From contig JADHWY010000002.1 of NCBI GenBank assembly GCA_016783245.1, forward strand, positions 1 to 62,421: 62,421 nt of DNA, in the 5' to 3' direction. The notes under the pieces are model-generated. The model made no database searches. It was not told the DNA's origin and worked only from the letters and a program-made list of their open reading frames with translations. Position 1 is the first letter of the stretch; every line of letters begins with the position of its first letter. Shown piece by piece: positions 54,908 to 62,421 of the stretch. The translations under genes and the position numbers were made by a program. The stretch is from Dehalococcoidales bacterium (GTDB taxonomy: Bacteria; Chloroflexota; Dehalococcoidia; Dehalococcoidales; BS750m-G39).

Positions 54908-56065
54908 ATGAAAAACTGGAAGATTGCGGTCATTGTATTATTGAGTCTGGTTATAGCTGGCTCTGTGGCTTGTACTCCCTTCAGGGGTGGTGGTGGGGAG
55001 GAGGAAGACACCAGCCAGATGGTTGAGGTGATTCGGGATGACCTGGTCGTCAGCATCAACGGCGGCGGTAATATAGCTGTGTCCAGTGATGCGAACCTGG
55101 CCTTTGGCAGTGGAGGTAAGATAGATGAGATATACATTAAGGAGGGTGATGAGGTTTGGGAGGGGAGAGTGCTGGCCAGGCTTGATACCAGCGCTCTGGA
55201 GCTGGCTTTGACTCAGGCAGAGGCTGCCGTAGTACAGGCGGAGGCTGCGATAGAACAGGCACAGGCTACTCAGACCCAGGCAGAGGCTAATCTGGAGCAG
55301 GCTGAATATGACCTAAAACTGTTGAAGAGACAGAATATCCATGGCTCTCGGAGAACGGTTGCCGAATTGGGGCTTGAGGCGGCCGAATTGGGGCTTGGGG
55401 CGGCTGAGTTGAGCATTGTGGCGGCTGAATCGCAGTTGGTTGCTGCCGAGCAGGCAGTGGCTGAAGCGCAGAAGCAGCTGGACGAGGCAATTATCACCGC
55501 TCCCTTTGCCGGAGTAGTGGCCGATGTATATGTTGATGAGGGGGACACTATTTCTACTACCACTACCATAGTGTATTTGATTGACCTCGCCGCTATGGAG
55601 CTGAGCGTGGAACTGGATGAGATAGACATTCCGGATGTGGAGAAGGGGCAGAGGGCTATTATTGAGGTAGATGCATTGCCCGACCTGAGCCTTGAGGGCG
55701 AGGTCGGTGCCATTCGCCCGGTGCCCACATTAGAAGGCGGGGTGGTTCTCTATGAGGTCGAGATTGACTTTGTCGTCCCGCAGGATTCTGGGCTTAGGGT
55801 CGGCATGAGCGCTGAGGCCGATATCGTCATTGCCGAGAGAAGTGGTGTTCTGCTGGTGCCCGACCGGGTGATTCAACAGGACAGGCAGGGCAGTTCTATA
55901 GTTTATGTTATGGTTGATGAACACATTGAGGAGAGGGTTGTGGTTACCGGTATCAGTGATGGTTTCTACATCGAGATTATATCCGGGCTCGAAGAGGGTG
56001 AAATGGTGGTGACGGAAAGGCAGGAGAGGTCAAATTCAACCAGGCCGGGGCTTCCTTTTCATTAA
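54908..56065 (+). CDS. HlyD/MacA-type periplasmic adaptor (membrane fusion protein)
   Basis: It has an N-terminal signal/anchor, a lipoyl-like region (EGDEVWEGRVLARLD), a long Ala/Glu/Gln coiled coil and a beta-barrel region. Confidence 0.8.
   Translation: MKNWKIAVIVLLSLVIAGSVACTPFRGGGGEEEDTSQMVEVIRDDLVVSINGGGNIAVSSDANLAFGSGGKIDEIYIKEGDEVWEGRVLARLDTSALELALTQAEAAVVQAEAAIEQAQATQTQAEANLEQAEYDLKLLKRQNIHGSRRTVAELGLEAAELGLGAAELSIVAAESQLVAAEQAVAEAQKQLDEAIITAPFAGVVADVYVDEGDTISTTTTIVYLIDLAAMELSVELDEIDIPDVEKGQRAIIEVDALPDLSLEGEVGAIRPVPTLEGGVVLYEVEIDFVVPQDSGLRVGMSAEADIVIAERSGVLLVPDRVIQQDRQGSSIVYVMVDEHIEERVVVTGISDGFYIEIISGLEEGEMVVTERQERSNSTRPGLPFH
55361..55444 (+). repeat. four tandem 21-bp (heptad) units inside the adaptor coiled coil
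   Basis: The encoded units are AELGLEA, AELGLGA, AELSIVA and AESQLVA. The first two DNA units differ at one base. Confidence 0.85.
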
Positions 56066-56077
56066 TAAACCCCAAGA

Positions 56078-56764
56078 TTGTTGACTGTTGAGGTTAAAGG
56101 CGTGATTGAGCTGGAGAATGTTACCAAGGTTTACCGAATGGGCAAGGTAGAGGTCAATGCCCTGAGGGGGTTAACATTGTCTGTTGCCACCGGGGAGATG
56201 ATTGCCATTGTTGGTGCCTCAGGTTCGGGCAAATCAACTCTGCTTAACGTAATAGGCTTGCTGGATAGACCTACCTCCGGCAGGTATCTGTTCAATGAAA
56301 TTGATGTCAGCCAGCTTAACGATAATCAGCTCGCCGAGATGAGAAATAAAGAGCTCGGCTTTGTCTTTCAGGACTTTAACCTTTTGCCCCGAGCCACTGC
56401 TTTGGCCAACGTAGAGCTCCCCCTGATATATAGTCGGAATGCTGGCAATCGGAGAGAACGCGCCGCCGAGGCACTGCGATGGGTGGGGTTAGAGCAAAGG
56501 GCCAAGCATAAGCCCACCGAGCTGTCGGGCGGAGAACAGCAGCGGGTAGCCATTGCCCGGGCACTGGTTAACAATCCGTCCGTCATTCTGGCTGATGAGC
56601 CAACGGGTGAACTTGACACCCATTCTTCGTCCGAGATTATGTCTATTTTTCGCAAGCTTCACCAGGAAGGCATAACCATAATCCTGATTACCCATGAGGT
56701 AGATATAGCTGCTCAAGCCCAGCGCACCATACATCTTCAGGATGGGAGGATTATAGACCGGTGA
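56078..56764 (+). CDS. ABC transporter ATP-binding protein (MacB/LolD-type)
   Basis: It has Walker [10 protein letters not shown], signature LSGGEQQR and Walker B ILADEPT. Confidence 0.9.
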   Translation: MLTVEVKGVIELENVTKVYRMGKVEVNALRGLTLSVATGEMIAIVGASGSGKSTLLNVIGLLDRPTSGRYLFNEIDVSQLNDNQLAEMRNKELGFVFQDFNLLPRATALANVELPLIYSRNAGNRRERAAEALRWVGLEQRAKHKPTELSGGEQQRVAIARALVNNPSVILADEPTGELDTHSSSEIMSIFRKLHQEGITIILITHEVDIAAQAQRTIHLQDGRIIDR

Positions 56765-58011
56765 GGTTTAGAGACTCCATAATTACGGCTATAAAGTCTT
56801 TGGTGGCTAACAAACTGCGTTCCTCGCTGACTATGCTGGGCATTGTAATTGGTATCGCTGCAGTGATTGGTCTCATGTCAATAGGCAGGGGGGTTGAAGC
56901 CAGTATTACTTCAACCTTTGAAGAGTTAGGCACAAATGCTATCTATGTCATACCTCATACGCCGGGTGCCTCAGGGTTCGCCGGGGCAGGGGTTACACCT
57001 ACTCTCAGTGTGAGTGATGCTGATGCTTTGAAAGACTCCACTTATCTTCGCTCGATAGTAGGTGTTGCTCCGGTAAGCACTAACTATGGTGAAGTAACCA
57101 GCGGCAATGAAAATGTTGTTACTGCCATAAATGGCACTACCCACGAATATATGGAGGCGATGAACTATTCTCTTGCCTCAGGCCAGTTTCTCTCCGAGAG
57201 GAATGTGTCTCATAGAGACAATGTGGTTGTGTTAGGGGATAAGGTAGCCACCGACTTGTTTGACTCGGACGACCCCCTCGGGCAAAGGGTTAAGATTAAG
57301 GGGCGCCGGTTTACCGTTATCGGTGTTCTCGAGGCTAAGGGTGGGGCGATGATGGGGATTAGCCAGGATGAGATGGCGTTGGTGCCGATTACCACTTATC
57401 ACAGCCGGCTTTTCACCCAGCGCGTGGCTACCGGCGAAGAAGCCGTTAGCTCAATCATTGTTCAGGTAGCCAGTGCCGAGATGATAGACGATACGGTTTA
57501 CGATATTGAGGATATTTTGAGGGACCGCCATCGGTTAGCCTTCGATGATGAGGATGATTTTGTTGTTCTCAGTCAGGAGCAGATACTGGAGACATTACAG
57601 CAAATAACCGGGACGCTCACCCTGTTTTTGGGAGCGATTGCCGGCATTTCCCTGCTCGTTGGCGGCATCGGTATTATGAATATTATGCTGGTTTCGGTAA
57701 CTGAGCGAACCAGGGAGATAGGTGTTCGCAAGGCGATGGGAGCCAAGCGGCGGGATATCCTGCGCCAATTTCTATTTGAGGCGGCGATGATTAGCCTTGT
57801 TGGTAGTGGTATTGGTATAATTGGTGGCTGGGCTATGGCGCGCATTTTTTCCGGCATGAATCTCGGTGGTGGGGCTATTACTGCCGTGGTATCAGCGGAT
57901 ATTGTAATTTTGGCAATATCAGTCGCCACTCTTATTGGGATTCTTTCCGGGATATACCCGGCGCTGAGGGCAGCTAGACTTAATCCCATCGATGCTCTCC
58001 ATTATGGGTGA
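56761..58011 (+). CDS. ABC transporter permease (MacB periplasmic domain plus FtsX)
   Basis: It has four TM segments, a large loop after TM1 and [24 protein letters not shown]. Confidence 0.9.
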   Translation: MRFRDSIITAIKSLVANKLRSSLTMLGIVIGIAAVIGLMSIGRGVEASITSTFEELGTNAIYVIPHTPGASGFAGAGVTPTLSVSDADALKDSTYLRSIVGVAPVSTNYGEVTSGNENVVTAINGTTHEYMEAMNYSLASGQFLSERNVSHRDNVVVLGDKVATDLFDSDDPLGQRVKIKGRRFTVIGVLEAKGGAMMGISQDEMALVPITTYHSRLFTQRVATGEEAVSSIIVQVASAEMIDDTVYDIEDILRDRHRLAFDDEDDFVVLSQEQILETLQQITGTLTLFLGAIAGISLLVGGIGIMNIMLVSVTERTREIGVRKAMGAKRRDILRQFLFEAAMISLVGSGIGIIGGWAMARIFSGMNLGGGAITAVVSADIVILAISVATLIGILSGIYPALRAARLNPIDALHYG

Positions 58012-58049
58012 CTCAAGGGGTAGATTGAAGGGGCAGGCAAAAAATCGTT

Positions 58050-58538
58050 ATGAACTGGCTTGATATCGTTCTGGTAATAGCCATAGCTATTTCTGTCCTC
58101 ATTGGGGTGAAGAAGGGGGTCATAGGAATAGCGTTAACCCTTGCCGGGTTAGTACTTGGTGTATTCTTAGCGGGACGTTATTACATCCTGTTTTCTCAGT
58201 ATCTATCCTTCATTCCCCACGCTGGCTTGGCTAAGGTTGCCGCCTTCTCCATCATATTTATTGGGGTGATGGTGGTTGCTGCTGTGCTGGCTCGTTTACT
58301 GGGGAAGGCAGCCTCGGCGATAATGATGGGTTGGGCTAATCGTATTGGTGGGGGAGTCTTGGGGGGTATCCTGGGGGCTATATTCTGTGGCGCTTTCCTG
58401 GCTATGTGGGTTAAATTCCTGGGCATGACACAGGTTATCGCTGAATCGAGGATAGCTCCTATTCTATTAAGTCAATTCCCCAGGGTGCTGGCTCTGCTCC
58501 CCGGGGAATTTGATGCCATCCGCTCTTTCTTTCAATAA
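58050..58538 (+). CDS. cvpA: CvpA-family membrane protein
   Basis: It has MNWLDIVLVIAIAISVLIGVKKG and four hydrophobic helices. Confidence 0.75.
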   Translation: MNWLDIVLVIAIAISVLIGVKKGVIGIALTLAGLVLGVFLAGRYYILFSQYLSFIPHAGLAKVAAFSIIFIGVMVVAAVLARLLGKAASAIMMGWANRIGGGVLGGILGAIFCGAFLAMWVKFLGMTQVIAESRIAPILLSQFPRVLALLPGEFDAIRSFFQ

Positions 58539-58649
58539 CTAACCACACGGTGCTGTCGGCTAAGTTAATAGCACCAGCCAGGCAACAATCGGCTGTTACT
58601 TCAGTTATTATTGGCTAACGATGGCTTATTTTCGTTGCTGGTTTCGGCC

Positions 58650-58925
58650 TTAGAAGGTACCTGCGGCAGGCTCTTCGCCCGGGTGCGACTTATGCCACTT
58701 CTCAAGCAGCTGCTCTTTGCTCTCCTTATGTTCTTCATCGGGTATGCAGCAGTCGTCTATGGGGCAGACTTCGGCGCACTTGGGTGTTTCATGGGAGCCA
58801 ACGCACTCGGTGCACTTATCTGGGTCAATGTCGTAGATAGTCTCCCCCTCAGTGATTGCCTCATTGGGGCATTCGGGCTCACAGGCTCCGCAACTAATAC
58901 ACTCGTCGGTAATCTTATATGCCAT
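58650..58925 (-). CDS. 2x[4Fe-4S]-type ferredoxin (YfhL-like)
   Basis: It has CISCGACEPECP and CTECV...CAEVCP. Confidence 0.85.
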   Translation of the reverse strand: MAYKITDECISCGACEPECPNEAITEGETIYDIDPDKCTECVGSHETPKCAEVCPIDDCCIPDEEHKESKEQLLEKWHKSHPGEEPAAGTF

Positions 58926-58982
58926 GTAATCCTCCTTCCGTTATCCTCTTATGGCATAATGCTTTCTGTTTGAAAACGGTAT

Positions 58983-59468
58983 CTACATTTGGGTATGAAC
59001 CTTCTTGATTAGGGCTTCAGCCACATGCTCAGGGACAAGGTCCTCGATGGCACCGCCCAGTCGGGCTGCCTCCTTGAGCAGGCTGGAGCTGAGGAACTGA
59101 TATTTCATGTCTGACATGAGACAAACTATTTCTATCTCCGGGGCTAACCTCTTATTCATCATGGCCAGGTCAAATTCGTTCTCAAAGTCGCCGCTCATTC
59201 TCAGCCCGCGCACTATAGCTTGTGCCTTTACTTCTTTAGCGAAGTCAACAGCTAACCCGGTGAAGACTCTGGCTTCGACATTGGGCAGGGGGGCTATGGT
59301 TTTGCTCACCATCTCCGCTCTCTCTTCGGTGCTGAAGAGGAGTTGTTTGTCTGGTTTATCATAGACCCCGATAATCAGCTTTTGGAACAGCTTGGCTGCT
59401 CTGGTGATAATATCCAGATGCCCGTTAGTTATGGGGTCGAAGCTGCCCGGGTAGATGGCAATGCTCAA
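58983..59468 (-). CDS. coaD: phosphopantetheine adenylyltransferase
   Basis: It has IYPGSFDPITNGHLDI. Confidence 0.9.
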   Translation of the reverse strand: MSIAIYPGSFDPITNGHLDIITRAAKLFQKLIIGVYDKPDKQLLFSTEERAEMVSKTIAPLPNVEARVFTGLAVDFAKEVKAQAIVRGLRMSGDFENEFDLAMMNKRLAPEIEIVCLMSDMKYQFLSSSLLKEAARLGGAIEDLVPEHVAEALIKKVHTQM

Positions 59469-60019
59469 GGCTCTCTCTCCTTTCGATATATAGCGATGTA
59501 GCTATCCCCATGGCGATGCTCTTTAATGAGGTTTAGGGCGGCATAAGTGGAATCCAGGTGAAGGTGAGGGGAGTGGGTTACCACTACAACGGAGTTTGTC
59601 CCAACCAGCTTTGAGGTTGCCAGTTGGGTTATTAGGTCGCCTATAGACGAGTCGGAATAGGGCGGGTCCATCAGTATAATATTGTACTCCTTATCGAGGA
59701 AGGAAAGTGCTTTGGCTACGGAGCAACAATAAACATGAGCCTGCTCTGTTAGCCGTGTCTTTTCTAAATTTTGCTTAATTATATCACAACATCGCCGGTT
59801 GTGCTCAACAAAGTCAACCCGCTCTGCCCCGCGGCTTAAGGCCTCAATGCCCAGTGCTCCGCTACCGGAGAATAAATCGAGTACCTGGCTCCAGTCGTCG
59901 GCGATAGTTTCCAGAATAGAAAAAATCGCTCCTCGTACTAGGTCTGTTGCCGGGCGAGTAGCGGTCCTTTTTGGTGCTTTAAGTCTATGTCCTTTTGCTT
60001 TACCTGCGATGATTCGCAT
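59465..60019 (-). CDS. rsmD: 16S rRNA (guanine966-N2)-methyltransferase
   Basis: It has VLDLFSGSGALGIEALSRGA and the DPPY motif. It forms the conserved rsmD-coaD pair. Confidence 0.85.
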   Translation of the reverse strand: MRIIAGKAKGHRLKAPKRTATRPATDLVRGAIFSILETIADDWSQVLDLFSGSGALGIEALSRGAERVDFVEHNRRCCDIIKQNLEKTRLTEQAHVYCCSVAKALSFLDKEYNIILMDPPYSDSSIGDLITQLATSKLVGTNSVVVVTHSPHLHLDSTYAALNLIKEHRHGDSYIAIYRKEREP

Positions 60020-60102
60020 TCTTAATGTTAAGGTATCTTTTTAGTTTGCTTTCGCTCTTCTGGTTGCTGCCCATTTATATTATGATTAGAGTCTGCTCTT
60101 TG

Positions 60103-60972
60103 TCAACGCTTCGGGACGGCACAATGTTCACCAGGTGCTTTAGTGATGTGGCTTAGAACTTTTTCCTCTATTTTTATCTCTGCTAGCGTATTCGATTCAC
60201 ACACCTCTATACACTTACCGCAGCGGGTGCATTTCTCGTGAATAAATTCGGGTACAGCTTTCTCCTTGTTCCACACTATCGCCTCATCTTCACAAGCCTT
60301 AAAGCACTTTCGGCAGTGGGTACAGGCGTATTCACACCTCTCTCTTTCCGGAATACTCTTTAACGGTTTGTAATTACAGAGGAAGGCAATCTTGGTATCT
60401 GCGGAAACCAGCTCGATGAGGTTCAAGGGGCACTCAGCTACACAGAGTCCGCATCCAGTACACTTCTCTGGGTCTATGACGGCTAAATTTTTCTCTGGGT
60501 CTATAAATATCGCATCCACGGGGCATACTTTGAGGCAGTCCTCCAACCCTAGGCAGGCGTAGGGGCATCTCCTATACCCACTGAGGAGTTGTGCTGCCGC
60601 TTTACAAGTCGCCACTCCGGAGTAATGGTATATAGTCTCTGAGTTTCCATTACAATGGACGAGAGCAATCTTGCTCATCGCTGAAGGATCTAAGGTTATA
60701 CCGAGGGCCTTTTCCAGGTTTCCCAGACTCTCGGGGTCCTGCAGCAGAGTGCACGGCGTCTTAGTGATTAAGCCTGGGTCTTGTGCCAGCGCCTGAGCAT
60801 AACCAAAACAACCGGGCTTGCCACAGGCACCACAGTCCGCCCCGGGCAGGATGGCGTTTATCGCCTCTGTTTTTTCCAGCCCTTTTACTTTTTGTGGAAC
60901 CTTAATATATACCAGATATATTATTAACCCGGCGACAAATCCTATGCCGATGAGTGCCCCTATTGGAATCAT
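60103..60972 (-). CDS. rnfB: Rnf electron-transport complex subunit B
   Basis: It has an N-terminal TM, DCGACGKPGC and several CxxCxxCxxxCP clusters. Confidence 0.85.
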   Translation of the reverse strand: MIPIGALIGIGFVAGLIIYLVYIKVPQKVKGLEKTEAINAILPGADCGACGKPGCFGYAQALAQDPGLITKTPCTLLQDPESLGNLEKALGITLDPSAMSKIALVHCNGNSETIYHYSGVATCKAAAQLLSGYRRCPYACLGLEDCLKVCPVDAIFIDPEKNLAVIDPEKCTGCGLCVAECPLNLIELVSADTKIAFLCNYKPLKSIPERERCEYACTHCRKCFKACEDEAIVWNKEKAVPEFIHEKCTRCGKCIEVCESNTLAEIKIEEKVLSHITKAPGEHCAVPKR

Positions 60973-60996
60973 TTTTCTATAAATCCCTCATCTATA

Positions 60997-61572
60997 TTAT
61001 AGCATTCCCCCAAATCCAGAGAAAGCGAGTCCGAGGAGCGTTGCTATGAGAAAGGCTACGGGCAGTCCCCTCATCGACTTGGGGGTGTTGGCTGTTTCCA
61101 GTTTCTCCCGTATGCCTGACATCATTGCCAGAATCAGGGTAAAGCCCGCACCAGCGCCTAGCGCAGCAACTACGCTTCCAGAGAGTGAAAAGCCCTCTAC
61201 TCTGTTTATCAGGGTGATACCAAGAACCGCACAGTTGGTGGTGATAAGTGGCAGGTATATCCCGAAGGCAAAATAAAGTTGGGCGTTTGTCTTCTTGATG
61301 AATAGCTCTATAATCTGGACTAGCGTCGCTATCACCAGTATGAACATAACGATGTACATATACTCAATGTCAAAAGGAATAAGGATATAGGCTTCGATGA
61401 GCCAGGCGGCAAGGGCGGAGATGGTCATTACAATGGTAACTGCTACTCCCATGCTGAGGGCACTACCTATGTGCTTGGAGACGCCGAAGAAGGGGCAGAG
61501 CCCCAGGAATCTCACTATGATGAAGTTATTGATTAAAGCCATGCCGATGAATATGACAATGAGTTCATTCAC
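60997..61572 (-). CDS. rnfA: Rnf complex subunit A
   Basis: It has NNFIIVRFLGLCPFFGVS and LPLITTNCAVLG. Confidence 0.9.
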   Translation of the reverse strand: MNELIVIFIGMALINNFIIVRFLGLCPFFGVSKHIGSALSMGVAVTIVMTISALAAWLIEAYILIPFDIEYMYIVMFILVIATLVQIIELFIKKTNAQLYFAFGIYLPLITTNCAVLGITLINRVEGFSLSGSVVAALGAGAGFTLILAMMSGIREKLETANTPKSMRGLPVAFLIATLLGLAFSGFGGML

Positions 61573-62185
61573 TCTTCATCACCCCCGTGCGTCTAAATAT
61601 TGCCATTACCAGTCCGATGACCAGGAATGCTCCTGGCGGAAGGATGAGCAGTGCTATGGGTTGCTCGCCGAGAACGGGCAGGGTGAAAAAGTGGAAGCCG
61701 AATACCGATAGACTGCCGGTTCCGAGTGTCTGTCTGACGGCCGATATTATGAGCAGGGCTATCATGAATCCGACAGTCATCCCCAGGGCGTCGGCCGTAG
61801 AGTGGAGTATCGGGTTCTTGGAGGCAAAGGCTTCGGCTCGAGCGAGTATTATGCAGTTTACCACCACCAGGGGAAGGAATATGCCTAATGATGCATGCAG
61901 GTCAGGGACATAAGCCTGAAATTGGAGGTCGACTATGGTGACCAGGCTGGCAATTATGACGATAAATATGGGGATTCTGGTTATGGTGGGGACAAAGTTT
62001 CTTATGGCGGCTACTATTATGTTTGCTCCCAAAAGGACTATGAGGACAACAAAAGTCATGCCTAGAGCATTATCAAGTGTGGTGGTGACGGCTAGGGTGG
62101 GGCATAAGCCGAGGGCGAGAACAAAAACTGGATTAGAGACAATTAATCCCTTGGCAAACTCCTTGCCGAAATAACCCATCTTCAC
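61565..62185 (-). CDS. rnfE: Rnf complex subunit E
   Basis: It has LGLCPTLAVTTT and LPLVVVNCIILARAEAFA. Confidence 0.9.
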   Translation of the reverse strand: MKMGYFGKEFAKGLIVSNPVFVLALGLCPTLAVTTTLDNALGMTFVVLIVLLGANIIVAAIRNFVPTITRIPIFIVIIASLVTIVDLQFQAYVPDLHASLGIFLPLVVVNCIILARAEAFASKNPILHSTADALGMTVGFMIALLIISAVRQTLGTGSLSVFGFHFFTLPVLGEQPIALLILPPGAFLVIGLVMAIFRRTGVMKSE

Positions 62186-62421
62186 TTTCCTTGCTCCCTA
62201 TCCTTTATTAGTTTAATCTTTTCCATGGCAGTGGCTCTAACGGCCTTAATAACTGCGGTGGAGCTCATGGTTGCCCCGGTTATGGTATCTACCTGCCCGC
62301 CATCTCGCCTTCGTGCCACCTCATCAGCGCTTAATCCAGCAAATTGGTCGGTGAAGTAGCTCTCGGTTATTCTGTTGCCCAGCCCTGGGGTCTCGACTTG
62401 GGAGATTATGCTTATCCCTTT
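62182..62421 (-). CDS. rnfG: Rnf complex subunit G, C-terminal part (5' end outside window)
   Basis: Hand translation gives ..SQVETPGLGNRI...VDTITGATMSSTAVIKAV.., the FMN-binding domain. GTGA overlap with rnfE. Confidence 0.8.
   Translation of the reverse strand, partial: KGISIISQVETPGLGNRITESYFTDQFAGLSADEVARRRDGGQVDTITGATMSSTAVIKAVRATAMEKIKLIKDREQGK

Noticed and set aside
1-62421. A scan for CRISPR arrays, rRNA genes, long dispersed repeats or intact transposons.
   Set aside because: None was seen by eye. The only repeats found are the two short in-frame tandem duplications and paralogous DegT/GT4/SDR gene similarity.

Overview
This is a bacterial chromosome segment in two parts. Family calls come from motif recognition by eye; no database search was possible.

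**Part 1 (1-49.7 kb): cell-envelope glycan super-locus**
- It holds about 45 genes, mostly in two long convergent, translationally coupled arms: + strand 4.1-22.5 kb and - strand 45.7-22.5 kb.
- Sugar precursor routes:
  - UDP-GlcNAc supply (archaeal-type GlmU-like genes and a phosphohexomutase).
  - UDP-GlcA/UDP-Xyl (ugd, uxs).
  - A NeuB-centred nonulosonic-acid/amino-sugar route with three DegT aminotransferases.
  - An ADP-heptose route (gmhA, gmhB, hldE, a GT9 transferase).
  - A dTDP/hexose-phosphate supply pair (RmlA-like, PGI/PMI).
- Transferases and export: about 10 glycosyltransferases, a Wzx flippase, a DUF2206-like polytopic membrane protein and a KpsS/KpsC-like transferase.
- Many tailoring enzymes:
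  - a B12-radical-SAM enzyme and four SAM methyltransferases;
  - a carbamoyltransferase;
  - deacetylases and acetyltransferases;
  - WbqC;
  - a Tmk-like kinase paired with an AlkP-type phosphodiesterase.
- A DUF1616/CARDB surface protein is encoded inside the locus.
- The left side carries rearrangement scars: an IS110 transposase relic abutting a 5'-truncated sugar dehydrogenase, and a frameshifted nucleotidyltransferase paralogue.
- The right side ends at a tyrosine integrase next to tRNA-Lys(UUU).

**Part 2 (51.2-62.4 kb): ordinary housekeeping**
- leuS, proC, an AbrB-like gene with a MacAB-type exporter, cvpA, a ferredoxin, coaD, rsmD and rnfBAE(G).

**Overall**
- The most interesting content is the unusual combination and mosaic make-up of the glycan locus, which may be a surface-protein glycosylation system with archaeal-like parts.
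- No CRISPR array, rRNA or intact mobile element was seen.
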